Shown here one piece after another: positions 27,197 through 40,005 of a stretch of DNA of 64,000 nucleotides. The DNA lies in assembly GCF_006345805.1 (NCBI RefSeq), contig NC_043001.1, positions 88,474,001 to 88,538,000 on the forward strand. The letters are read 5' to 3'. The position numbers were made by a program, and so were the translations under genes. The notes below the pieces were generated by a model, which was not told the origin of the DNA, did not search any database, and saw nothing but the letters and a program-made list of their open reading frames with translations. The first letter of the stretch is position 1, and every line of letters begins with the position of its first letter. This DNA is from Octopus sinensis. Taxonomy: Eukaryota.

Positions 27197-27312
27197 ATAT
27201 ATATATTCACATATATATATATATATATATACATATATATATACATATATATATATATATATTATATATATATATATATACATATATATAATATATATAT
27301 ATATACATATAC

Positions 27313-27346
<34 letters not shown>

Positions 27347-27375
27347 CATATATATATATATATATACATACATAT

Positions 27376-27421
<46 letters not shown>
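27197..27421. repeat. Long imperfect (TA)n microsatellite
   Basis: Direct reading; source of the IY-repeat ORFs. Confidence 0.95.
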
Positions 27422-27425
<4 letters not shown>

Positions 27426-27584
27426 TGGTAGATGCATTTGAAACGGCCTGAATAAAATTGCAGTTTGTGTATCTTAGTGAATGGATGCACAATGTAATGC
27501 TGTTTCAGTTGCATTTACCAAACTTTTGTACACCCTGGCAAGCATCTGCAATATTCACTGTTCCAAAACATGAATTTCATCTAA

Positions 27585-27665
27585 GCAGGTGACTATCGCG
27601 AGCATGTTACTGACAAGCCCCATTGAAGGTGAAATGTATTTCACATTCTTGTGAGTCACTGCTGC
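27585..27665 (+). ncRNA. Degenerate type I hammerhead ribozyme
   Basis: CTGACAA (CTGACGA after CpG decay) 27610-27616; short stem II GCC/GGT; GAAA 27631-27634; long stem I (GTGACT/AGTCAC, CGCGAG/CTTGTG, ATGT/ACAT). Confidence 0.55.
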
Positions 27666-27817
27666 AATGATGCTCATTTCACTCCAATATAGTGATTTAA
27701 ACACAACATCGCTATGTAGAAATTTTATTTCAGTTAAATCCACTGCATCATGCCTTCTAATTGTATCTTTGCATATACACAGATGGCAATATATATGTAT
27801 GTGTGTGTGTGGAAAGA

Positions 27818-27864
<47 letters not shown>

Positions 27865-28731
27865 AATACATAAGAGAAGTTAAGTGAGCCAACTAATGTT
27901 TATTCCATTAGTTGACAGTTGTTCCATAATTTGCTTTAGCTACATAAACAATGCTACATCATCTATTACAAATATATAAATGAATATGTACATGAATATA
28001 TATATATATTTGCACCCATAAATATAAATGTGGTATAAATAATGGACTATGCTTCAGAACATTTCAGCTGAGTATTAGGGTCAATTTCTTCAAAATTTCA
28101 GGCATTGTGCCTATAGTAGAAAGAATTATATAGTCACAGACAATAAATATTTTTGACAGAATTACCGTATATGGAGTGCATTAATGAAATAACAGCAGAT
28201 ACAAATTCAGATAACGAATGCAATAAAATAAAGTAAAACCCATAAATTTTTTTTAAATAAAGATATAAGAAAGAATAAGTCTATCATAACGATTTGCTTT
28301 CCAAAGATTTAGCTGACTGTCCCATAGTATTTAAATACATAAACCATGCAATGAAAATATAGAGAACAAGATAAAGAAATGAATAAATAACAAATATATT
28401 AGTAGAATGAAATGTATGGAAATGAAGAAAAATAAAGAAAAATATATAGTGCTTTAGGAGGCCTGGTTTGTTAAACACAATGTATATCATGCATGGGCAA
28501 CCTGCGGCCCGCCATGAGTTTCTTGGTTACTAATTTTTACAAGCTCAAAATAACTATCACGTGTCATGGCAGAGAAAAAGATGGGTAAAGGATCATATAA
28601 TCAAGGTGCAGAAATAGCGTACTCTGAATAAATAAGGTGATATATAATTTGATGGTAGAAAGAAATCCACGTATTAGGTACTCCAAAGCCAGTCGGAAGG
28701 ATGGGTTTCCATGTAAGCATGTGGAAAATAG

Positions 28732-29121
28732 TTAATTAAAAAAGCGGAGGAAAAAAGACAAGAAGAAGAAAACAACAACACAAGGACGTAGTGCATGCAA
28801 AGTATTAATGAGACTTCAGAGAAGGAAAGAAAATGTTGTTTGACATTTCTAGCATAACTCTTCTTCGGAAACAGGAGACATAGAAAGTTCAAAAGAAAAG
28901 AAAGAAGAATGTGGACTGTTGGCAATTTTTTTTCTCCATTTTCCTTTTCTTTTGGATTTTCTTATGTCTCCTGTTTCCAAAGAAGAGCTATGCTTAAAAC
29001 ATAAAACAACCACTCTTTCTTTCCTTCTCTGAGTGTCTCATTAATATTTTGCATGTACTACATCCTACATTATTGCATTGTTGTTTTTTACTTGTCTTGT
29101 TTTCTCCTTTTTTTTAATTAA
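28732..29121. repeat. Long imperfect inverted repeat (two ~175-nt arms, short spacer), probably Penelope-type terminal sequence
   Basis: GGAAACAGGAGACATA 28867-28882 vs TATGTCTCCTGTTTCC 28963-28978; complementarity continues out to TTAATTAA at 28732 and 29114. Confidence 0.9.
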
Positions 29122-29137
29122 TCATATATATACATAT

Positions 29138-29219
<82 letters not shown>

Positions 29220-30922
29220 AAGAAGAAAAGTGTCAAGCTATATCTATCGCTTAAGTTTGTTTCAGATGAGTCATGTTTTAAGTTTAGCTCCTATTGTTAG
29301 ACACAATTGGCTGGTGTCCTATACTACAACCACATGTTAACCAAAACACCATGAATGAAGTTTGGTAGATGGAAATTACAAGAACCCTGTTTTGTCTTGT
29401 TTTGATGTGGGCACACTCAGAACAATATGTCGCTATTCTTGCAAACAGTGTTTGTGTCCATTATTTGAATGACAGTGGGAAACATTACCATGCTTGGGAA
29501 CAGGTGAGGGGTTGGGGCAGGAAGAGCCATCCAGAGTTTAAAATTTCTACCTAAATGAAGTCTCATCTGTCCAATACAAACGTGTAAATGTAAATGTTAA
29601 AATAGATGTATATTTTCATCCCTAAAAAGAGTTGAACTTATGGCTTATTTCATTAATCCTATTACTGAAATACATGATAACAACACACACGTGTGTGTGT
29701 GTCTTGTTGTGTCTAAGGAGAGTCACATGAATTCACATAAAGAATCTAGCAAACCAAATACAAAAACAATACACACACACAAACACGTACACATACACAA
29801 GCAACACTGTATATTATAGAGAATATAGATCAGCGTGTATATTTGTCTCCAAAAGGAGTTGAACTCTTGGACCTCTGTGTTAGTTTTATCACTAAGCTAT
29901 AGGATGAGTAAAAAGTTACATAAAATTTAATATATAATGAATAATTCAGCTGGGCAGAAAATAAATCTGTTCATATAGACATGCATCATAACTTCTTTTA
30001 GAAGATATATGAATGACAGTCATGTTAATTCTGTCTTGTATTTATTATTTCAGACACATTGTTTGGATTATTTGTTACATAATTCAACCTGAATTATTCA
30101 TCTGAGACTTTAGAAATATATATCAGTGAAACCGGATTTTGTTTAATAAATCAGATTGCTGATTGTTATATTATTTCAGAAACTAAATGAAATTTCAGAG
30201 AAAAGGAAAGCAACCTACAAAAAGAAAACTAAAAGTATAAAATTTACTAAATATCTATACTTAGGGAAAAAATGAATGCATAACACAGTACAAATATTTA
30301 AAATATAGTATTCATTTCCATAAATAATGCATTTTTGATCATCTGTTCACGATTGCTAAACTTATTAATCCAAATTTTCATTCACAAAAATATAGATATA
30401 TTATGTATGTATGTGTTTTTAGCTCTTGTGCTGTATTTCTATTTCTCTGTGTTCATTTGGCTGTGGACTTAATCACTATGAGATATGAGTGTTCATTTTA
30501 AAGTGACTTGTGAATATTTTTATGTATGTATGTCTTTGTGTAAATACCTTTATTCTTGTGTATGTTGTTATTGCTGAACAGATGCATCCCATAAATTTCT
30601 CTCTTTTCACCATCATCCATGTTTATATTTTACTATCTTTCTCATTCCCATCAGTTGTCTCTCCATTTCACTATTGTCTTTTTATTGTTTCCTCTCATTT
30701 ATCTCTTATTCCTCTGAATCTCATAATCATTCTTTCACAACTCTACCTTTCACTCTTCCATTCTCCTGAACACTACCCCACTTTCTTCTCTTTCCCTCCT
30801 TTTCCTACTACACTTTAGTGAAGCAGAAATAAAATACATAAATTCACTCCAAAATTTATTATAGTAGATATTAATTTAAATAAACACATATACATGTTTG
30901 CACACACACTCTCTCTCTCTCT

Positions 30923-30954
<32 letters not shown>

Positions 30955-31669
30955 TCATTCATCTCCAGCTTCTCTTCCTGAGAGGATCTTGAGAATATAG
31001 TACTCAAGCACCTCATCTATAAGGTCCTATAAGAAGCAAACCGCATTGTACTTTCCAGATGGCTTCCTAAGCCTGGCCAACTGAAACTACGAATGTTATG
31101 AGGAGAGTGTATTTATTGTAATAAGTGTAAATAACACTAATTTGTTGGTGATATGGGTCTTACAATATGTTGAATGGAGGGAATGAAGGCATATTTTGCT
31201 TTTTCCTTTGAGAGCTACACAGCTGCCAAGTTTCAGAGACTGCTGGAGCACAAATTCTACTCTAAAACAATAAACCAATGCCCAGGAATTGATCTCATAA
31301 ATATATGTGAAAGCAACTACTTGTAATCAACTTACCTGTATTCACTCTACATGGGCTGGTGACAGTAACATGTCAACAGTTAAAAATCACCAGCTATAGG
31401 TAAAAACCACATTCACAATATACAATAGTGATCATTACATCCTATCACCAATGTGCATCCAAATTCATTCTGTTGATATATGTTTGCAGTTTCTAACAGG
31501 ATTAGGAGTTTTACATAGAGAAATCACAACAGGAATTTTGGAATTTAATTCGATACAAAGCAAATTCCTGATTTAATGAAATTATCTTCATTTCCAGAGA
31601 AGTTAAAATAATTACTTCATAACTGGAACCATCTCAGAGACAAGAGGACAGCAATCCTGAGAAGATTCA

Positions 31670-32075
31670 CAAAGAAGATTATTTCTTTGCAACAGCTCAG
31701 CTACTGGGAAAGGTTGAAACAGCCAAGACTCTACTCTCTGGAGAGAAGACAGCAGAGGTATACAGTAGTATATATCTGGAAGATTCTGGAACAAATTGTG
31801 CCAAACTTTGGCATTGAAAGCTACACCAATGCCAGAATGGGACAACACTGTATAGTGCCAAAGATCCCAGCAACACCATCGTGCTTCAGGACTATTTACT
31901 GCAACAGCCTGGGTTTCAGGGGCCCACAGCTTTTTAATGTTCTTCCAAAGAGCCTGAGGAACCTGCACAAAGTAGATGTAGGGGTTTATAAATCAAAGCT
32001 GGATCTGTTGAGAGTCCCAGATGAACCTACCTCACGGCAAGAGGTGAGTCCCAGATGAGCCTACATCACAGCAAG
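31670..32075 (+). mobile_element. 3' fragment of CR1/L2-group LINE (same family as 23750-26340, opposite strand)
   Basis: ORF 31687-32058: LSYWERLK..RLYSLERR..RY...WKIL...NSLGFRGPQLFNVLP...VPDEP. Confidence 0.85.
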
Positions 32076-32079
32076 AGTC

Positions 32080-33240
32080 TTTCTCTGAATTTACTCATGC
32101 CCTGTTCAAGTACACTGATGCTAGACACTTCTTTTTACTCTCTGATTGACTATGCATGTGACTAGCATTGTCCTATTTCACCAGATATTTTCAGCATCTC
32201 AGAGACTAGTCTTAATTGCCTTCGTATTTTTTAACTCTATAGGTCCATTCTTTTAATTCCTTTGGATCCAAATATACTTGACTGCCTCTCTCCTTATACA
32301 TTCCTTTTGTCATGTTCCCATATTCTTCTCATTCTTTCTAGCCTTTATATGCTTTCCTCATTCAGTGCACATGAATTGCTACCATGAAAATATCCCAATT
32401 TATACAATTAAGCTTAATTCTTAGGGGCAGCAGCTCATGAAATATTTTCCACACCATTTGTTTTTCCTGTTTCGTATGCTTGTAAAATACCCTCTTCCAC
32501 CTCTAATTTAGTCACATTTCTAAGAGATGTATTCTTCTACTTTTATGGAATTTTCTATGCATTTGAAAGAATGTATCTCATGGGTCTTCCAACTCCTGAC
32601 TACTTCTGTACATTTGTTACATGCGAAGTCATTGTTCACCGTCAACCTAACTCTAATTCCACAATACTTCTTGTATAGCCATAATTTACATTGGCTAGAC
32701 TATATCAAATTCCTACCTGCATTTTTTCTCTATAATAGGTATGGCCACTTCCATGATGCCATTAGTGGGTTGTCTTCTTTCCTGCCTACATGATCCTTAA
32801 TCTTTGTTAAGTTTATATTAAGACTTCTTGGCACTAAGTTTTGCTTTCTAGAATTTCTTCTCTAATTCTTCAACAGATTCAGTTCAAGAATTGAGCCCTA
32901 ATGGACATCTATATGCATGTTAAATTCCTCACTGAACTCATTGCTAACCTTCACTTTGCTGGTGTCTTCATAGATAGCTTGCATGGATTCTTAAAACTAT
33001 TCATCTATACCTAGTTTACTTAGTGACCACTAGACTACAGTACATGGGACCCTGTCAGAGGTCTTCTCCAGAACAAACTGCATCTCATCTATCTTTTACT
33101 TCTTTTAGTCATTGGACTGTGGCTGTGATTTGTATCCCAGTCCTTCAATTTAATACCTCTGTATTCACTTCTTTCTAGAGCATACCCTTTGTAGTTGATG
33201 ATAGCACTTTGTGTGATGCCATTGGAAATGACATCTTTTA
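32080..33240 (-). mobile_element. RTE-clade LINE RT relic
   Basis: Minus strand FV-LEKTSDRVP..V*WSLSKLGIDE (cf. FVDLEKAFDRVP..WWAL.KLG) and VH*GSIL (cf. HQGS.LSP). Confidence 0.7.
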
Positions 33241-33396
33241 CTCTCTGATTGACTAATTGGCTGTGTGTGTGAATAGCATGTATCCTATTTTACTGGGTTT
33301 TGTCAATAGTTCATCTACATTGCTTGCCCTCATATCTTTAACTGTGCTGTCAACTTTAGCAGCTGGTCTCTTTACCAGATCTAAATGGGCTGGACT

Positions 33397-33431
<35 letters not shown>

Positions 33432-34688
33432 ATGCATTCCCTACATTCAATAACCTCTCATTAACATTCACCTCCTCTTCCTTGGATCAATAATGGCACG
33501 TGTACCGCATTTATTTCATATATACTTTTCCCCAAGGATGTCATAATTTGTGATGATACTCTGCCTTGTACTCCAGAACTCCTCACACCTATTTTTCTCA
33601 TTACCGAACAGTGGTTTCACTCTGTGCTATGTATACATGATGTTTGCGCGCGCACACACACATATATATCCATGAACTTTGACCTAGTATTGAAAATAAA
33701 ATAAGCACACACACACACACTTATGTGTTTGTACTAGTGTATTTGCATATATTCTTACACATACATACTCTCTTTTTCTCTCACACACACTCTCTCTCAT
33801 GTAAACATTAGCCTTTCACTTATATCATTCTATGCATACACACATGAATGCACATATATACTGACAATTCTCTACAAAATACACATTCCCAGTCATATAT
33901 CCATCTCCACACAATACAAATTTATAGAAATATAAATAAATAGTAAAGTAGTAAAACAAAGATAGGTTATTTACCACAAATACTTAATTAGAAAAGAATA
34001 AATGAACAGGGGCCAAAAAAGTGAAAAACAATGAAAGAAGTTATTAGAAATCTCTAGTATTTAATAGTTAGGAATTAAATAAAAGGCTTAAAGATTACTG
34101 AGAAAGATCAGATGCGAATACTGTGAGAGAAATGGTTAAAAAATTATTCAAATCAAAATATAAAATTATCAATTTTAGTCAATGTATCATTAGTGAACCA
34201 ACTTGCATGCAAAAACACACACACCCTTATTAGATAGACCTTCCTCTGTTTGTGTGTCTCTGTACCTCTCTCTCTTCTTTCTCTCCATCTCTCCTCCCCC
34301 TCTCCATTTCTCTTTCCCATGCATTCCCCACATTCAGTAACTAAACATTTCTCTCATCCATGTAAGAGGAAGCATGTTTAACTAAATTTAATTAAATATG
34401 TAAAGGAATGACATCCTCCTTAGTTTTCACATATAAATCAAAAAAGGATTGGAGAATTTTCTATTAGGTTCCCTAAATAAACAATATGTAAATAAAGTGT
34501 CACTTAAACTAATTAGATATAATCCCGACTATAAAGATTAGTAGTCCTAAGAGTGGTGATGATGTATTTATGATCAACATTCTTACTTAAACAATTACAT
34601 TTAAGTATTTTATATGAATGTATGTACTATATATAAACTGAAAGTATGGGTGTGTTAGGCACTGGAATGGCTATGATAGACACAATTA

Positions 34689-35065
34689 TGGCTGTATGGT
34701 TGAGAAGCTTGCTCTTCAATCATATGATCTCAAGTTGAGTCTCACTGTGTAACACCTTGGGCAAGTGCCTTCTTCTATAGCCCTGGGCTTCCCAAAGCCT
34801 TGTGAGTGGAGTCCGTAACCAGAAAGCAGATGAAGTCTGCTATCTGTATGTATGTGTGTGTGTGTACCCTTGTCTTGACATTATGTGATGGTTGTAAATG
34901 AGCATCATTTTCATATAAGCGATGTAATTGTTTCCAGGCCTCAGTGAAAATCATGTTTGGTCATAGGAAAACAGGTGGGAGGCTTGTGACAGAACAGGGT
35001 ATCCAGCCATAGAAAAACTGCTTCAACAAAATCCATCTGACCCATGCAAACATAGTAAAAATATG
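34689..35065 (+). mobile_element. tRNA-derived SINE family B
   Basis: ACCTTGGGCAAGTG..TTCT.CTATAGCC...CAAAGCCTTGTGAGTGGA core. Confidence 0.75.
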
Positions 35066-35367
35066 TAAAAATTAACACAGGTATATGTGTTTGTGTGCTT
35101 CATATCTGTAATTTCATGATGTTACAATCATGTTAAACTGTAACTAATAAGAAGGACGGTGTCATCCTAAAATAAGATCTCTTGACTAATTTCTGTTTCA
35201 TACTATATTGAATGACCAATGAAAGACCATGCACTGTCCTAGTTACTTGAAACAGATCAAACAGGTCAGTGACAATAGATAAAAAGACTATGGAAATGTT
35301 CTTTACATAAGTGAGTAATTTCCTCACCAGATTTGTATATATTGATACACATACACATACACGCACG

Positions 35368-35414
<47 letters not shown>

Positions 35415-35451
35415 TTATGTGTATACACATACCTCTATCTATCTACCTATC

Positions 35452-35536
<85 letters not shown>

Positions 35537-37212
35537 CTCACACACACATCATTGTCATCAGTTTATATCCAGTTTCCATGCTGACATATGTTGGACAATT
35601 CATTACAGTTTGAGTCCTTGTATGTGCTCTTTTAGACATGGCTGGACTGGGGACCACACCTCTATTGTTATTGGCATATTGTCTACAACTTTATGCCATT
35701 CCTCACACCAGCCACATTACACAGTGTACTGGATGCATTTTTTTCATGTCACTAGTACTAGCAAGGGTGTTGTGTCCTCATTGAGACTAAATGTTCTCCT
35801 GAACCCTACAATGTTTCATCCACCAACCTTGTTATGGTGTACAGGATGTATTTATTGTGGCATCAGTACTGGAGAGATTGTTATGTCCTGGCCAAGACGA
35901 GTCCTTCCAACCTATTATGTTTCCATTTGTTCACCCACCACTTCATAAAAGGATGCAACTTATCCTTATACCATAATTAATGAGGGTTGCCTTGTGTCTG
36001 GTTCCTCTCTGCTCTGTGTGATCTCCATTTCAAGGGAAAATGAGTTGAAAAGAACAATTGCAGAGAATGGACTAGTGTGAAGTGGAGAGAAGAGGCTGAT
36101 ATTGGTGGAAAAATGAATTGGTAAAACATGATAGATTGTGCTAGAAGAGTAATGAATGGTAATAGGAATGTATACATGGAGAGATAGGCAGCAGTAGCCT
36201 AGAAAAATACGGTTGCTGTATGATTAAGAGAGCTTGATGTTTATCACTTAGAAGCAGCCTGATGGTGAAGGAGTACTAACTAGTCAGCAGTATGGAAGGG
36301 GAAGGTAATTTGAGCTAACAAAGAGAGTACAGGTATTGAGGTGACATGGAAAGAGAATTAGTGAAGACTGTCAGTGGAAAAGTGACATAGAAGAGAGATG
36401 GGCAATGACAATGGTGTGTGCGTTTCAGGAGAGTAAATGAGGTGGAGGTTCATTACACACACGTTCGCTTGCACACACACACACATGTATATATGTATAT
36501 AAGCATGTATATGTACCCATGCATATCATGTATGTGCATATACATGTATGTATATATGTATATAGACTGAATTGGCAATCATAAGAATGTTGCATAAAAT
36601 AGCTTGATATTCATTCCAACTCCCTGTGTTTGAAGTTCAGATCCCTTCCAGGTCAACTTTATCAATCCTGAAAGGATGAAAGGCAAATAAAATACTAGTC
36701 CACTGGGCAGGTGGTGGTGGGGCTGATTAATCTTCTCTTTCTCTCTTTTATCTTTTTTTTTTCCATCTGAAAGAAATTGGCTATGATCAGACATGGGAGA
36801 AGAATGGACTCTGGTAGGTTTAAAAAAGCCCAAGACATACTGTTTTTCTTTACAGTGCCCCTACGGCTCCATCAGAAGCCAACAACTCAAAAGAATGAAA
36901 AAAGTGTGTGTGTATGTGTAAGAGCATACATTCAGATACACCTAAATGCATGTATATGGCCTGTTTCTCAATACACTTGAATAGCCTCATCAATGTCCTC
37001 TGAAGCTGAAAATCTGCCTAGCTAGTGTACAGAATAGTGGTCGGGCAAGCAAAATCCAATCCCTCTCCCCTCCATTTATCATCCAAAGCATAGCTGCAGC
37101 GGAGTTACTGCACTAGTAATGCATGGGGTAGTCAGTCAGTCAGACAGTTGTTGCTATGGTGACATGTGAGCTGCTTTTTGATCAGCAAATCCATTGTTCT
37201 TTCATATTTCAG

Positions 37213-37285
37213 TCACTGCATGCAGCAAATATTAGAGAGTGTTAATTATTGCCATCACCATGGTATTGTACACAGAGATCTGAAG
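37213..37285 (+). CDS. CaMKII: CaMKII kinase-domain exon, variant B (paralogous alternative to 21658-21730)
   Basis: atttcAG|TCAC...CTGAAG|GTgagt. 73 nt, same phase as variant A. Translates (S)[24 protein letters not shown]. Confidence 0.95.
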
Positions 37286-38019
37286 GTGAGTAAATCCCCC
37301 CTCCTTTTAGTTCTTAACTATTTCTACATCTTATTATTATCATGTTCTCTATGTCCTTTTTTTTTTTACTTTGTTTTAGTCATCAAAACTTTTGCAAACA
37401 AAAATAAAATTAAGTAAAACAGCAGCATTCCTTAAGTTTTGCTTATGTTTTAGAGTGCCACTGATAACAACTCATTTGGTTATTTTTCTTACATAATCAT
37501 CACCAACTACTGCTGACTTCTATCTCTATTCAAATATTTCATCTTGTTTTCACATTTAAATCATCATTATTGTTATTTTTTCCTTTGTTGTTGAAGAAAA
37601 AAAAAACATCAATTAAAAGTGTGTTTTTTTTATTTTATATAAATTGTATATAAAAACCTTCAAGAAATTTCAAGATAAAAATACTTAATAATTAAGAAAT
37701 TTAAACTGAAAACAATTTCATGTAACTTTGATATTAAATGTTGTTTAAAAATATTGATTATAATCATTTGGATTCTACTTCATTCATTTTAAAGAAATTA
37801 CTTTTTCAAAAACATTTTACAATCTTTCTTAATAATGCTGTTTTTTTTTTTTTTAGTCATTTTCTATACTGGAGAGAAATATAATAATTCCATATATTCT
37901 CTTGTTTTCACCTTTTTTGTTGTTAAATGTAACCCTACACTGGATTATCCTGTACTGTCCTTGATTTTTTGTCAATCCATGTGGTAATAAAATATTATTA
38001 CTATTACTACTACTACTGC

Positions 38020-38830
38020 TGCTGCAGTGAACTGGCAGAATCGTTTGCATGCCAGACAGAATGCTTAGCACTATTTCACCCATCTTTACATTCTGAGTTC
38101 AAATTCCACCTGTCATCCTTTTGGGATAGATAAATAAGTACCCATCAAGTACTGGGAGTGATATAATTGACTACCCACCTCCCACCAAATTTCAGAAAGG
38201 ATTATTATTATTGTTAGTGAAGGATTTAAGGTGGTGAGCTGGCAGAGTTGTTAGCATGCTAGATCAAACACTTACCAGTATTTCTTCTGGCTTTGCTCCT
38301 GGAGTTAAAATGCTGCTGGGGTCAGCTTTGCCTTTCATTCTTTCATGATCAATAACATAAATACCAGTTGAGCACTGGGGTTGGTGTAATTGACGAGCTT
38401 TTCTCCTCTCAAATATCTGGCCTTGTACCTATAGTAGGAAGAATTATTATTATAAAATAAAATAAAGTAACCAAGAGTTTTTATAGGATAAATTAAAGTA
38501 ACCAAGAATTATTATTATTTTTATTATTATTATTATAGGATAAAATAAACCAGTCAAAAATTGGAGTTGATGTAATCATCTAATCTCTTGCTTCCAACAA
38601 ATTTTGGGCTTTGTGCCTATGTTTGAAACAATTATCCTTATTACTGGTGCAGCATTAACAGAACCAGTAGAATCACATGTTTTGTGGTATTTAGTTTCAT
38701 TCTTTTACTTTTTGTGTTCAAATTTGCCTTTAATCTTTCTAAATCTATAAAATTAGTACCAGTTACATACTGGGTTGATTAAGTGACTACACCCACCCAC
38801 TGAATGTGTAGCATTGCACATATGCTACAA
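38020..38830 (+). mobile_element. Head-to-tail array of family A SINEs
   Basis: Units from about 38025, 38230, 38535 and 38645 with (ATT)n tails. Confidence 0.75.
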
Positions 38831-39459
38831 TTTGTGTTATTATGATAATAGTTATCTTTAAACATACTGACACGTAACATATTCATAAGTGTAAGAGTTG
38901 AAGTCATAAGTAGTCCCATAGTAATAGAGTTTGTTTAAAATAAAATGATATGGTTAAATAGGTAACCAAGTTCACGTGGGATAATGTTAGCCAAGTGAAA
39001 ATACAATCATAGGTGTTACTCATATCTGGTGAGCAATATTTAAATATCACTAAATTAGAAAAGGTAAAATATGTTACAACTGTTACTCAAAATGTGCCAC
39101 TGAAAGTGACCAAGTAACAATGACAATCCTTCAAAATAAAGACTGATTTGAGAAGATTGTGGATCAACACCTCACTCCTTCCAGGTGAAATGTATAGTTC
39201 TGGCAAGTGAGAGAGAGAGAAAGAAAGACAGAGAGATTATTTGGGGAAAAAATGTAGTAGTTAAAAGAAACACAGAATAACAAAGAAAAGATCCTAAGTG
39301 TTATATAGACACAAATAATAACGTTGCAGGGTGCAGTATACATTTTGTATAATCTGACTCAGGAAACACATTTATCTAATGCTATATAGTATATGTCTAA
39401 GGGACATGAAAGTCAGTGTGTTGCTGAAGGAGAAAGATCTTTCAGAAAGAAGTAATAAT

Positions 39460-40005
39460 TATTATCTCCTTTGTTATTCTGTTTAGCTCTGTTTCCCTTA
39501 AGTAAATTCCTGAATGAAACAAATTATGGATACAAGGTATATGGAAAAAGCCATCAATCATCTTCTCTAATATGGATGACTTGAAACTTTTTGCAAGAAA
39601 TGATCAACACCTGTAAGCAATCCACATAGTGAAACAATTTTGTGATAACATCAAAATAGAATTTGGATTTGATAAATGCAGTAAAGCTACATTTGTCGTG
39701 AGAAACTAACAAATTCATGCAAAATTACCCTAGAGAGAGATACTAAAATAAAAGAATTAGAATCTAAGGGCAGTTATAAGTGCCTATAATAAGAGAAAAG
39801 GTAAGAAAGGAATGCTATTGTAGAGTAAAAGTTATTCTGTAGAATTGAATGCTAGAAACAAAATCGAGCCCATAAACACATTAGCCATGCCTGTGATCAC
39901 AAACAACTTCAATTTCATAAACTGGTCATCTCTGAATTAAATAAAGTTGTTTTTAAAATCTGAAAGCTGATGATAATGCATCGTGTACAGCACCCAAAAG
40001 CTAAA
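39460..40005 (+). mobile_element. R4/Dong-clade non-LTR RT relic
   Basis: LSPLLFCLALFPLSKFLN, INHLL-MDDLKLFARND and EFGFDKC motifs in order. Confidence 0.8.

Noticed and set aside
28492-28512. hAT-like terminal motif GGGCAACCTGCGGCCCG
   Set aside because: Only one end is visible, with no matching TIR or TSD.
37166-37417. 83-aa ORF containing exon B
   Set aside because: Flanks are intronic low-complexity sequence outside the AG/GT boundaries.
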